From the NCBI RefSeq assembly GCF_004010195.1, contig NC_057758.1, positions 2,875,340 through 2,939,339 on the forward strand: a DNA stretch of 64,000 nt, written 5' to 3'. The DNA comes from Chiloscyllium plagiosum. Its lineage: Eukaryota. Of the stretch, positions 1-12,525 are shown in pieces. Below the pieces are notes generated by a model. The model was not told the origin of the DNA, made no database searches, and was given only the letters and a program-made list of their open reading frames with translations. Each line of letters begins with the position of its first letter. The stretch's first letter is position 1. A program made the position numbers and the translations under genes.

Positions 1-430
1 GTAGTGTTGTCCCAGTCGATTTCATGTTGCTTGTTGTCTGCGTGTGTGGCTACTAAGGATAGCTGGTCGTGTCGTTTCGTGGCTAGTTGATGTTCATGTA
101 TGTGGATTGTTAGCTGTCTTCCTGTTTGTCCTATGTAGTGTTTTGTGCAGTCCTTGCATGGGATTTTGTACACTACATTACAAACACATCGACCTGGACC
201 CAATATACCAACCACTACAGCGGACAGCTGAAACTGACAACCGGAAGCGGCAGGGACAGACCACTATAAACACCGGAGGAAACATCAAAGAAGCGCTTCA
301 CAGGAGGCTCCCAAGCACTGATGATGTCGCCTAACCAGGGGACGAAACGTTTGCAACAAAAACTTCCAGCTCGGCGAACAGAACCACAATAACGAGCACC
401 CGAGCTACAAATCTTCGCACAAACTTTGTA
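1..430. mobile_element. Penelope-like retroelement fragment: inverted GIY-YIG segment plus 3' terminal region
   Basis: Minus 1-175 reads VVYKIPCKDCTKHYIGQTGRQLTIHIHEHQLATKRHD. Plus 178-430 reads KHIDLDPIYQPL followed by a terminal region with a hammerhead motif. Confidence 0.85.
315..354 (+). ncRNA. Minimal type I hammerhead ribozyme motif (Penelope-associated)
   Basis: GCA-CUGAUGA-U-[GUCGCCUAACCAGGGGAC]-GAAAC-GUU-UGC: intact core, stem I GCA/UGC, stem II GUC.CCU/AGG.GAC. Confidence 0.7.
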
Positions 431-479
431 CATCTTTGGCAGCAGATACTTGATGGGCTGAAGCGTCTCTTTGGAATTC

Positions 480-1310
480 AGTGATTCGATGTATCTGTGG
501 GTTTCCGTGAGTTATCAGGAATCACATTGGACCCAGTCTCTATAAAATAATGAGAATTCTGGAACGTTTATAATAAGCAGGGAAGCCATTGCAGCCACTG
601 TGCATATACTGGCTCCAAAAAGGGAAGAAGTGAGGACTGCAGATGCTGGAGATCAGAGCTGAAGATGTGTTGCTGGAAAAGCGCAGCAGGTCAGGCAGCA
701 TCCAATGAACAGGAGAATCTACGATTCGGTTCTTGAAGAAGGGCTTATGCCCGAAACGTCGATTCTCCTGTTCCTTGGATGCTGCCAGACCTGCTGCGCC
801 TTTCCAACAACACATTTTCAGCTCCAAAAAGGGAAACCCCGCTTCTCCTAGTCTGCAGTCCTCTCTCTGCAATCCTTTCTATTCATCACTTCCAAACAAA
901 TATCTAGCTCTCTTTTTTGAAATCTGTGATGGAATTCGCCTCCACCACACACTCCAGTCCTGATAACTCTCCGAGTGATAACTCCCAGTCGGACAACATG
1001 AGGGGAGTACAGGAGCGCAGGGCCTTGGTGAGCGTTTTTCAATATGATCAGCAGGTGTTCTGGCAGGATGAAACCGTTTTTTTAAGAAGCACATTGCAAT
1101 TACTAACAAATCTTTGACTTAAGACCTTTCTCCTCATCTCATTCCGAGCTCTCTTGCGAAACATCTTGAAATTATCATCCCACTTACTGACCTACCAACA
1201 AATGGAAACGAAACATCCTTCATTACCCTTTCAAAATTGTCCACAATGTTGAGCATCTGAATGAAGTTACCTCTTCTTGGCGCCGAGGTGAGCAAACACA
1301 GTTTCTCTAA
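480..1310 (+). repeat. Block paralogous to ~57885-58390 (includes an old minus-strand CR1 3' fragment)
   Basis: Shared strings such as CAGGAATCACAT.GGACCCA.TCTCTA.AAAATAATGAG and AAGACCTTTCTCCTCATCTCATTCC, in the same order. Confidence 0.8.
627..824. mobile_element. Fold-back (palindromic) element derived from Penelope terminal repeats
   Basis: Inverted arms ~657-720 / ~760-824; hammerhead-like centre UUGAAGAAGGGCUUAUGCCCGAAACGUC; direct repeat GCTCCAAAAAGGGAA at 612-626 and 821-835. Confidence 0.8.
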
Positions 1311-1668
1311 GGACATGGATAGGATAAATAGGCAAAGTTGTTTTCCCTGCGGTCGGGGAGTCCAGAACTAAATGGAATAAGTTTGGGGCGAGAGGGGAAA
1401 AATATAAAAGAGTTTAAAGGGGCAACCTTTTCATACAGACGCTGATATGGATATGGAATGAGCTGCCGTAGGAAGTGGTGGAGGCTTATACAATTGCAAC
1501 ATTTAAGAGGCATTTGGATGGGTATATGAATAGAAAGGATTTGGAGGGATACAGGCCGGGTGCTGGCAGGTGAGACTAGATTGGGTTGGGATAGCTGATT
1601 GACATGGACGGGTGGGACCTAAGGGTCTGTTTCCATGGTGTACATCTCTTTGACTCTATGACTCTATT
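1311..1668 (+). mobile_element. CR1 LINE 3' end
   Basis: End of ORF2, 3' UTR GGGTCTGTTTCCATGGTGTA and (GACTCTAT)n tail. Confidence 0.85.
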
Positions 1669-1779
1669 CTCTCTTTCTCCTTTAAATCCTGCATTCATGG
1701 TCGACGGTGCAGACTGCTGCTACTACGCATCAGCAGTAGAGGGTCGGCTCGAGATGTGTTGCCCACCAAGTGGCTGATT

Positions 1780-1990
1780 TTTCCTCGAATTGTGTCGAGT
1801 TTCGTGGGCATTGTCGGAGTTGCACCCGCTCAAGGATGTTGGAAGATTTCTATTGCACTCCTGACTTGTTTCTTGTAAATGGTGAAAAGACTTCGGGGAG
1901 TAAGGAGATGAGTTACTCGCCCAAGTCTCCCAAGGCTCGGAACTGCTTTTGTAACCTTCATATTTAAATGGGCGTAATTTTATATTGTAT
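1780..1990 (-). mobile_element. Old non-LTR retrotransposon RT fragment (second LINE family)
   Basis: Similar to 29370-29960 and 37120-37410, which encode YKAQVRSVMEYSP on the minus strand. Confidence 0.55.
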
Positions 1991-3315
1991 TCAATTTCGG
2001 ATCTGCAGTAACCCTCAGAACATATATAGCCCATATTTAAAGGCAGAGATAAGCTCCCTGTCTTTCAAAGGGTGGATTTGAAATTTCTTGACGACAACTC
2101 CACATCTATTATGAAACAGCCCTGTCAGTAGCCGTTTTCTAGGAATTGTTCAGTGATCATTACAGAGTGGTGATAATTTCCACGTCATAAAGTTGCATTC
2201 TTTGAAGGGACATTGCCATCTTTAAAGATCACTGATAAATTATCCCTTGCTATTTAAGTTGTTTGCAAAGACTGCTTCTCAAGAAACAGTTCCCTTCCGT
2301 CAGAATATTCTGCACACTCGACAGGTAATTACGCAATGGCGTTGTGGATGGGGTGCTGTTGTAACAACTCAAAACTGAAGTTGAACCAAACAAGCAAATC
2401 TACGGCGTAAATCAGCTAACACAAGACGGTCATACTTCAAGCTGTAATGTCCATATAGATAAACTGGATAAGACGAGATTCTCCACAGGATGAAACATTA
2501 GGGAAGTTATCAGCTCTCTGTAAACTGGAAGTTCTCAGTATGTAACCATTCTATAAAGGCGCATTTTTGTAACTCATAGTTTGACCACAGTCACAATTTT
2601 GAGATTTAGTGGAAAGTTGAAGGACAATTCTGACAGTACAGTGTTCTGAATTATTTATGAAATTGAAGAATTAGGAAGAGAAGCAACAAATTAGCGTGAA
2701 AATGTTAGCTGCATTTTCGAAGGAAATGTCCATTGGCAATAAAGAGGTCCAATATATTGTCAGGGATGAAAAATAATGAGTTGTATAATTGCGATTCCAG
2801 AAAATGCAAACGTGGCGCTCGAGTGGGATGAAGACATTACGACAAGGGAAAGATTAACAATTGAAACCTAAGTGCAATCGTTCCCTAATTGTTTGTGGAA
2901 TATAAGCAAGTTTCATTTGATTGCTTCATAACGTTCTTTAGTGGTGAATTTCAATCTAGTCTGTTGACTTGGAATGTATGTTTCTTTGTCAAGTAAAGGC
3001 AATTCTTTTTTGCAAAGTTTATGGAGAGGAAACAATAATGTTATAATTAAAAATGAAACGAGTTTAAAGTCAACTTACAGCATGTAAGCAGCAGGGTTTG
3101 TAAACTGCAGTTGCAAGTCAGAGGAACTCTTGTATAATGTCTCAGGTTGAGATGAGGGAATTGGTGTTCTCAATTTGTCAGCTATTGATTGCGTGAAGTT
3201 GATTTTGAAGACTGGAACAATTGGTAGAAATTAGAATCTTTCCTAATCTGCCATTTTCAAGTTGCTGAAGCATTTGGAAGAATTGGAAGGGGGTGGTACA
3301 GGGCAAGAGCTATAG

Positions 3316-4916
3316 ATTGAGGAAGGGCAATTATAATGCGATTAGCCAAAAGTTTGGAGGCATAGACTGGGTAAGCAAAATGCAGGGGATGTGGACATTC
3401 GAATTGTGGAGCTGATTTAAGGAACAGATATTGCGTGTCATTGTTCGGTATGGCCCTGACAGGCAGGGAGGAGTGATCAAAGAAGAGAACCGTGGTTTGC
3501 TGAACAAATTGTATCTCTTGTTCAGTGGAAGAGGGAGGCTTACGTGAAGTTGAGTCGAGATGGTTCAGATGAGGCGATGGAGAGTTAGAGATTCGCCAGG
3601 AAGAATTTAAACACAGAGATCAGAAAGCAAGGAGGGCATATGAGCAGTCTTTATCCGGAAGAAAGGGGTAGCAAAATGCGGGGATGCAGACAATGGAAAT
3701 GTGGAGTTGGTTTAAGGAAATGATATTGCGTGTCCTTGATAGGTATGTCCCTGTCAGGCAGAGAGGAAGCGATAAGATAAGGAAACCATGGTTTACTACA
3801 GAAATTGCACCTGTTGTTAAGTAGAACAAGGAGGCTTGTGTGTTGATGAGGCAAGGTGGTTCAGATGAGGCGATGGAGAGTTATAGATCAGCTAGGAAGG
3901 ATGTAAGGAGAGAGTTAAGAAAAGGAAAGAGAGAACACGAGCAGTCTTTAGCAAATAGAACACAGGAGAACCCTAAAACTTTCTATAGGTGAGGAATAAG
4001 AGGATGACTAGGGTAGGAATAGGGCCAGTGAAACACAGAAGTGGGAAGTTGAAGGTGGACCCTGTGGAGATGGGAGAGGTGCTAAACGAACATTTCTCAT
4101 AGGCTTTCACTCAGGAACAGTAGAATATTGTCGAGGTGAATAATGAGGCACGAGATATTAGACTAGAAAGGATCCAGGTTAGTTACAATAGGTGTTATCA
4201 ATTCTAAGAGGAGTGAAAGTAGACAAGTCCCCTGTGCCGGATGGGATTGATCCGAGGATTCTCTGGGAAGCTTGGGAGGAGATAACAGAGATTTTGGCTT
4301 TGATATTTGAGTCATCGTTGTCTGCAGGGTTAGTACCAGAAGACTGGATGATTGCAAATGTTGTGCCCTTGTTCAAGAAGGGCAATAGAGATGACTCAGG
4401 TAATTATAGACCAGCGAGCCTTACATCTGTTGTAGGAAAGGTGTTGGAAAAGATTATGAGAGATGAGGTTTATAATCATCTCGCAAGCAACAATTTGATT
4501 TCAGACAGTCAACATGGTTTCATCAAGGACAGGTCGTGTCCCATAAACATCACTGAGTTTTTTTTAAGAAGGTGACCAAGCATATAGAGGAGAGTAAGGC
4601 AGTTGACATGATATCCCTGGACTTCAGTAAACCCTTTGTTAAGGTTCTACATGGTAGGCTGTTGGAGAAAATGCAGAAGCATATGATTGAGGGTAATTTA
4701 GCGGTTTGGATTAGAAACTAGGTTTATGAAAGAAAGCAGCGAGTGGTAGTTGATGGAAAATATTCAACCTGGCGTCCGAATACAAGTGGTGTGGCACAAT
4801 GATCTGTTTTGGGACCATTACTGTTTATCATTTTTATAAATGACGCAGGCATAGGTGGATGGATTAGTAAATTTGTAGATGACACTAAAGTCGGTGGAGT
4901 AGTGGACAGTTTAGAA
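3316..4916 (+). mobile_element. CR1 LINE ORF2 (RT region), with a diverged ~295-bp internal duplication
   Basis: KSPVPDGIDPRIL...PEDWMIANVVPLFKKG...NYRPASLTSVVGKVLEKI...SQHGF; ends near FVDDTK. Confidence 0.92.
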
Positions 4917-5696
4917 GACTGTCGCTGGTTTGAAGTTCCCCATTGGCTGTTCGCACTGTTGTGACATCTAGAAATGGCAGTTCGTTGCTGTTTTCTTCCT
5001 CTTTAGAGAATTTTATGCAAGTAAGGGTATTATTGATGGTCGTGAAGACATCCTCTAACTTGTTTCGGTTAGTGATGGCAAAGATGTCATCCACGTAGCG
5101 GACCCAAAATTTCACGGTGGCCCACAAACACACCAAAAGACTAAAACAGCAGCTAATGAACTTGAATGACCCTATACAGACAACAAGCAAAACTAATGTC
5201 AATTACAAAGTACCGTGCAAGGACTGTAACATGGATTGGACAAACAGGTAGCAAGCTAGCCGCCAGGACACACGAACATCAACTAGCCACAAAACGACAT
5301 GAACCTTTCTGACTAGTATCCTTACATACAGATAAGGAAGGACACCACTTCGACTTGGTCAACAAATCCATCCGAACACAAGCCAAACAGAGACACGCAA
5401 GATAATCCCTAGAAGCATGGCATTTCAACCGGAACTGTATCAACACACACATCGAGTTGGACCCCATCTAACACTCCCTCAGAAAAAGAAAAGGAATTGA
5501 CTTCACCACAGGAAATGACATCACCAACGCAAAGAAACCCAAACAGATAAATAGGAAGCCGGAATCAGCAGCACGGCTTCGCGCGGAGGCCCACTGAAGA
5601 TGTTGCTTAGTAGTGTGAGGAAACATTTGGAACTGAACCCTGTAGCTCAGCGAGCAAACCTACACCCTGCAGCTCAGCGAGCAAACCTACACCCTG
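4917..5696. mobile_element. Penelope-like element with 5' inversion (RT minus, GIY-YIG and terminus plus)
   Basis: Minus 4917-5113 reads WVRYVDDIFAI...IKFSKEEE...LPFLDV. Plus 5117+ reads NVNYKVPCKDC...IGQTG...EHQLATKRHE. Degenerate hammerhead at 5591-5630. Confidence 0.88.
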
Positions 5697-5917
5697 TCGC
5701 TGTGCAGTTTGCACATTCTTGCTTGTCTGCGTTGTTTTACTATGGGTGCCCCAGTTTCCTGCCAGAATCTAAATTGTGACAGTCAGGTGGATTGGCCATG
5801 CCAAATTGCCCAAATTGTCGGGTGCATAAGTCAAACGGAAAGGTGTCTGGGTGGGTTACTCTTCGGAAGGTCATTTGGACTGTTGGGCCGAATGGTCTGT
5901 TTCTGCAATGTCGTGTC
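5697..5917 (+). mobile_element. 5'-truncated HE1/V-SINE-like SINE
   Basis: TGTGCAGTTTGCACATTCT central domain and a CR1-like 3' tail, as in 39334-39649. Confidence 0.75.
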
Positions 5918-5975
5918 TCTAATCTAATCTAATCTAATCTAATCTAATCTAATCTAATCTAATCTAATCTAATCT
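5918..5975 (+). repeat. (CTAAT)n microsatellite, expanded SINE tail
   Basis: About 11 perfect units directly after the SINE. Confidence 0.95.
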
Positions 5976-6779
5976 ATTTCTTCACGAAAAGCAACTATTC
6001 ACGTTAATTGTAATTAATGCTGTGAAGCTGGCAAAAGTCTTGGAAGGAATAAAACTGTTAGAAGCATTGTAAGACAACAAACACAGTTGTTTGAGGTACT
6101 TGTCAGGCATCATGAGAATATAGAACTGTCCATTTATTGGATTGAGTGTTCAGATTTGTTTAATGTGCCTAAACATCTTATCAAGGTTGCGTTAGTTACT
6201 GTAGCACGAATGAAAGTAAAATGTTGTATTTCCTTGGGGAACCTGGGCATCATTGATCTGCAGATCCGAGCTGTAATGATTAGGGAAACTGCGCCACGTA
6301 AAAGCCACATCGAGGTAGACTCACGTGGAAATTCAGCTCTGGAGGAGCGACGGACCACCGGACCGAAGACTCCTCTTTGATATTTCTCCCTACGACATAT
6401 GCTTGTTGCTGTTTGGTTTGAACTTCTCCAATGCTAATGAAGTTGCATTCGTCCCGACAAGTCTTACGCCTTTTAGTGGTGGCCAGACGTCAGGCAGCCA
6501 AGAGGTGAGATACTTCTTTTGGAATGCATTGGTCTCCTGACAGCACTTGCGGCCAAAACATGAATACTACTGATTCACTGAAGATTCCCGGCAATAACCT
6601 CTGGGTTTTCCAAGACAGCTATTGACGCATGGAAAGGCAATTGAGAGTCTGAGGGAGATGCTTGAATTATCTCTTAGAAATTTCAGATTTACACAGTAGA
6701 TTTACTTGCTCATAGGTGAACTGAATCTCAGTCCAATCTTATTCTGCATTTTTCAGCTCATGTTCTCATTGAACATATT

Positions 6780-7750
6780 TTATGGTAAGAGTGAAGTGTA
6801 TTTCAGCATATGTTCAACTGATGTCGGAAAATAATCTGTGCCACAGCATGCATATTAGTGTGTGCACAACAACTCAAAAGCTACAGCATGAATGCCATTT
6901 CATGTACAAGGCCAGGTATTCAAAATTATACATCACCGACCAAATTCATTGATTCCACCGAGAATAGACCATTAGCATTGCTCATAATAATATAAAATTA
7001 GCCGAGAGTACAAATTGCATAGTGATGGAAATTCTTTGACTTGCTATTTCTGGGACTTTGCTCGGTTTTGTGGGCCTGCAGTCTTAAATCAGATTCTCTC
7101 CAGTGTGGAAACAGGGCTTTTGTTCCACGCTGCCCCTCTGAAGAGGAACCCCCTACCCTAACTAACACTGTGGGCCATGTAGCATGACCAGCACATCCTT
7201 GGATTGTGGGAGGAAACCGGTGCACACCCACACAAAGATCTAATGCGCAAACTGCACGCACAAGGCGGGAATCGAACCAAGGACTCGGGTGCTTTGAGGC
7301 AGCAGTGCTAACCACTGTGCCAACGTGCGAGCACTGCGAGCTGTTGGCTAGTACTTGACAGTTAAAGCATTAAGAAGCAGAATCAAAATAAATGGAACAC
7401 ATGGTGTCATAATGTATTGTGGAAAATCGATTATTGTCCATAGCAATGTCTGGACACCTTCTGTACAACGAAACCCGTGAGCTTTCTGAAGGGTGCATGC
7501 GCTTTCATACATGAAATACCAGAAAATGTTCTTGAAGCAGCTCAGCGCATTCACTGCTCCCAGAAGTGGAGCTGCTGTTTACTCACTGCAATATTTACTT
7601 TTCAACAAATGGCTACAGATCAATTAAAGTTGAAAGTGATGGTGAATCAGACAGAACAGTCAGTGGCTGCATAAAGCAGGAAGGCGTGATTTTTACACAC
7701 GGGGAATGGAATACAGGAAATAAAATGCTCCTGATAAACAATCGGAATAG
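6780..7750 (-). pseudogene. GPR139-like pseudogene, exon 2 remnant (TM3-TM7), interrupted by a SINE
   Basis: Minus strand reads IPIVY...HAFLLYAATDCSV*FTITFNFN*SVAIC*, LSCFKNIFWYFM, TPCVPFILILLLNALTVKY, then past the SINE VLSANFILL*AML and ML*LLSCC...AVAQIIFRHQL. Multiple stops and frameshifts; 5' side cut by a CR1. Confidence 0.88.
7085..7328 (-). mobile_element. HE1/V-SINE-like tRNA-derived SINE inserted in the GPCR pseudogene
   Basis: Minus strand A box TGGCACAGTGG, B box GGTTCGATTCC, and shared 3' tail. Confidence 0.85.
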
Positions 7751-7751
7751 A

Positions 7752-8757
7752 CAATAGACAATAGGTGTAGGAGCAGGCACTTCGGCCCTAAAAGCCAGCA
7801 CCATCATTCATTATGATCATGGCTGATCATCGTCAATCAGTAACCTGTCACTGCCTTATCCTATATCCCTGGAATCTACTATTTTTAAGAGCTCTATCCA
7901 TCTCTTTCTTGGAAGTATTCATAAACTTGGCCTCCACTGCTTTCTGGGGCAGAGCATTCCATCTATCCACCACTCTCTGGCTGAAGAAGTTTCTCCTCAA
8001 CTCTATTCTAAATGACCTCCCCCTTATTTTAAATCTTTGTCCTCTGATTCTGGACTCACCCATCAGCGGAAACATACTTGCTGCCTCCAAAATGTCCAGT
8101 CATTTAATAATCTTATACGTATCATTCAGATCCCCGTTCATCCTTCTAAACTCAAGTTTTACAAGCCCAGTTGCTCCAATCTTTCAACATATGATTATCC
8201 TGCCATTTCAGGAATTGATCTTGTGAAACTATGCTGCTCTCCCTCAATAGCCAGAATGTCCTTCCTCCAATTTGGAGTCCAAAATTGCACACAGTGCTCC
8301 AGGTGCGCTCTTACCAAGGGCCTGTACAACTGCAGAAGGACCTCTTCGCTCCTGTACGCAATTCCTCTTGTTATAAAGGCTACCATGCCATTAGCTTTCT
8401 TCACTGCATGCTGTACTTGCATGCTTGCTATCATTGACTTTTGTACAAGAACATCTAGATCGCGTTGTACTTCCCCTTTACCTAACATGACTCCATTTCG
8501 ATAATAATCTGCCTTCCTGTTCTTGCCACCAAAGTGGATAACCACACATTTATCCACATTAACCTGCATCTGCCATGCATTCGTCCACTCACCTGGCCTG
8601 CCCATGTCAACCTGCCAGCCAACTTTGTGTCATCAGCAAAATTGCTAATGTTCCTTTTAACAGCTTCATCTATATCCTTCATGTATATTGTAAATAGCTG
8701 CGGTCCCAGCATGAAACCTTGTGGTACCACACTGATCATTTCCTGCCATTCTGCCAT
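7752..8757 (-). mobile_element. CR1 LINE 3' ~1 kb
   Basis: VPQGFMLGPQLFTIY, FADDTKL, LYRPLVRAHLEHCVQFWTP, RRNFFSQRVVDRWNALP, plus a short tandem tail. Confidence 0.92.
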
Positions 8758-11700
8758 ACTCAATGGAGCAGTAAATAAAATATTTGGAGTGATCTCACTC
8801 CTCTGAGTGACTATCTAGCTTCTAGCTTCTAATTACCCGTGTTGATGAGATGAGGGACTGTATAAAGGCTAGTTTGTAGCAAACATTTATTAGTCTCCCT
8901 CACTGTTGTCAGAACTGCATTTTTAAAATCATAAGATGTCTGAGCAGAATAAGCACACTTAGTGTGTCAAGAATATTTCACCATTCAGTGAGATTGTGGT
9001 TGATCGGATCATCCTCAAATCCACGTTCCTGCCTTTTATTCCGAACCCTCAATGCCATTCCAGTTTGAAAATCTGCCTAATCGACACTTGAATACAAGTG
9101 ATGACTCAGTGACAACAACCCTCTGCAGTGCAGAATTCTACAGACTCACTAACTTTTGAGAGAAAAGATTACTCTTTATCTCTGCCTGAAATGTGTGACA
9201 CCTTACAGTGAAGTTGTCCCAAGCACTAACATTACCTCCCCACAGTTCAGCAAAGAATCTTGGATGTGTCAAAAAAGTAGCCAGTCGTTATTCTATATTC
9301 CAACAAGTACAAAAAACATCTTTCCCAACACTCGATTGGGAAATCACTTCGAAATATTGAAACCTTGAGGAGATATTTTCTATTAAATGTTGAGACTGAT
9401 ACTGATGCAGGTTTCTGAAACGTTGAGTGTTGAGAGCAAAGAAGTTTCAAATAATAAACAAAGATGCAGTGGTGAAAAATGCTACATGTTGTCACAAAGA
9501 CAACTGTTAGCATCTGCAGCATTCTCCATGGAATTGCAGATGACACAATCTCAAACAAGATTTAATTCTTCGGATAGAAAAGCAGGAATCATCGATGCAT
9601 TTATTTGTTTGACCAATAAAAGGAGAGTACAAATGGTGAGATGATTATTTCATTACACCATGAGTTACTTGGTGAGCTGAATGGAAAAGATCAGCACTGT
9701 CGTCTGATGTGATCCTATGAACAATAGGAAAAGAGAGAAACAGAAAAAAAGTGACTTAATGGATACGGACAGAGAGACACTGAAAGTGAATGACGAGGAT
9801 GGAAGAAAAAAGGTATCGATTTGAAAATTGCGGACGTAAAGAATGTTTCAAAAAGGGCAATATCCTGGTCAGGATTGTACTTAGAGTATTGAAGGATTCG
9901 CATACAATTAGAAGAATTTCAAATTCGAGACCTCGCCCGGATGGGACCTCATGGCCATCGTGAACGCAGGGGTAAAAAAAGACTTGGTGTGAGTGAATGA
10001 ATAACTTACCAGCTTCGGATGAATTGCAGTTAACAGAAGTTTATATCTTTGGAATCTCGCTGGAAGAATATTAGACAAGCGGAGTGAGAATTTAACAAAG
10101 ACGCTGATGAGCTTTCATAGTGCAATGGGTTCAGACGGATTGCAGCTGGACACAACAATAGGGTGGTTGGCGGCAGAGTTGGCTCAGTTTATAGTCTGGA
10201 ATTACGGAATTAATGTGTTCATCTATAGTCCTGTTCAGAACAATGTTGGCAGTGGATAATGAGAAGGCTGTGTGCGGATGAATGAAGAGAGTAGCCTCGG
10301 TTTTCCAAGGATTTGAGTAAGAAGTGGAGCTGCAAACGGATAAATATTTTCAATTCAATCATCACATGATTGAGACTTTCCAGGGCAGAAACAGCGGAGA
10401 ATGTTGGACAGACTAACACTAATTTTCAATTATTTTCACATAGTTATGGATCTGAGTTCAAGGACAGAAATGAACGTTGAAGAGCTAAATGTGGCAAACT
10501 TGCTTTGAACAGGCAGCGACTCGTTTTTGATGAGGACTGACGAGGAAGGTGATGGTCATTCATTAGAAAATCTGGTGTATGCTGTGAACGAGTCTTGCTA
10601 GGCTCACTGTTGGTTGTTTGTACCATTTTGATTTTGCTAATCAAAGGAGGAGAGACGCTAAACAGCTAAAACAATGAATATTGATTGAAATGAATAGAGA
10701 AAATGGGTTTTGGCAGAAATGGTTTTTGGTGTCTTTGAGACTGGCTCATATGTTTCTCTCTCTCTAGTTTTTGTCGAGTTCAACAAATGCTGAATGCTCT
10801 GGAAAAAGAAAGAAAAAAATACTTTTCGAAGCCTCCTGAAACTGTTTGAAATCCAATTGGACTTAAAAATTAGAGATAGAGCTTTGCGCCTGTAAACAAG
10901 TTTTTATAAAATGAAGCCTTAGAGTGCATCGTTTGAAACTCACTAATTGACCTTCAAACTTGAATTGCTTAATTTTCTTTGCAATTCTTCCCTCAACTCT
11001 GGCTGTCAGTATGTGCGTGAGTAAATATCATGATCAAAGAAATTTGAGATCAAATCATAGTCAATAATTAGAATTCATATATGTCCTGCCAAAGTTAACA
11101 CATGAATAAAAAAATGAAACTTTTGCTTAAGTCATCAAGTTAATGCTAAAGATCCATTACTCTGACACTCTGGTTAGGAACCATTGGGAAATTTTGAATG
11201 TGATTTAATACTTTAAATTCAGTATTATACAGATCCAGGTCACAGTGATATTTTTGGTTCTGTTTGCTACTCCTGTTTATAAAAACGTGTCTGAGAGTAC
11301 TTTTAAAGAATACTAAACACAGTTATCTGTGCTCTCAACATTTCACAGTTTTATTCAGATACTTCCCCATGACATTAACCTCAGCTGGAGGGAACAGTAA
11401 ATAACGAACACATTCTTGCAGTAAAGCCTGCTTTCCACCATCAATCACTGATTGGAGACATGCCAAAAATAGCCAGAATGGGATAGTACAAATGCTCAAA
11501 AATCCGAATTGAACAATAGATCCTCGATTCCAAATCTATCTATTTGGGATTCTCATTAATGCAATGAAGCTCACAGGAAAACCATTTTTCTGATGTTCTC
11601 ATGTGAGGCGAGGTCAGAGTAAAGGAAAGACAATCACTATTCTCATCCAGTCAGCTCCCATGCGTCACTCTGCAGTCCTCGCTCCCAATACAGAGATGGA

Positions 11701-12329
11701 TCGTGTCATTGACCGATCCATCAGTCCGATACAGGCATAAATCATTGATGTTTGTTGTGATATGCAAAAGGAGCATTCAGATTCAGATCTGTTAGTAACT
11801 CTGTTCCGAAGATGCAGGGAATTGCAATGGAGAGTTCAGTTGAGAGGGAATATTTTGGATGGAGGCTCAGCGTGTCTCTGAGAGTGAGTGTGCTGCAGTC
11901 AGTGGAAACCTGGGATAGGCTCTTCACTGACTGGAGTTTTTGCATTCTCTCCAATCAATTTTGCATTCTCTCTAAAAGCCCTCTATGCTTGCAATAGTGT
12001 TATAGCAATAAATGCACACGATCCTCCAGCGTTGGCCTGACGAAAGACCAGAACATGAGAGGTCTGTATGTTGCTCATTTTCTGCTTCTCGGGTCCTCTC
12101 TGTCAGGAGTTAAGACACGGATTTGAATGTGTAATAAGATAGCGACACTGAATACTTGGCAGTGTCGTCCTGTTTTTGTCCACATGGCCGAGAAAGCAAT
12201 GTTTGATGGCTCATTGGTTTGACACCATCAAATGGAGTCTGAACTGCTCAGATGACAGATTTCTGCATTCAAAAAATCGAATGATTTCCATTGTTGCATA
12301 TTGACTTTTCTTATTAAAGTAGAGGCACA

Positions 12330-12525
12330 GAAAAGCTGCAGATGAGGGAGTCCAAGGTAGACGAGCAGGAGGCTGGAAAATGACCGCAAGCCAGGCAGTA
12401 TCAGGAAGTGCTGAGGACAATCTTTCGAGTGTAACCCTTCATCATACAACCGAAGCGTTGACTTTTCGACCTCTTGATGCTGCCTGGCTTGTTGTGTTCT
12501 TCCAGGCTCCTGCTTGTCTACCTTT
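12330..12525. mobile_element. Older Penelope-terminus fold-back element
   Basis: Inverted arms AAGGTAGACGAGCAGGAGGCTGGAA / TTCCAGGCTCCTGCTTGTCTACCTT. Confidence 0.7.

Noticed and set aside
2370..3300. Possible LTR-element gag remnant
   Set aside because: Purine-rich and coding-like, but no motif I can identify.
4192..4575. Reverse transcriptase as part of a retron, DGR or other prokaryotic system
   Set aside because: The motifs are typical CR1 LINE ORF2 in a vertebrate repeat context, and the copies are disrupted.
5918..5975. Telomere-like or CRISPR-like array
   Set aside because: Simple (CTAAT)n with no spacers; it is the expanded tail of the adjacent SINE and is not TTAGGG.
10000..10150. 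Possible exon 1 of the minus-strand GPCR pseudogene (donor CTG|GTAAGT on minus near 10005-10013)
   Set aside because: The translation does not convincingly match YYPxLAAIGV, and a lone donor motif is common by chance.
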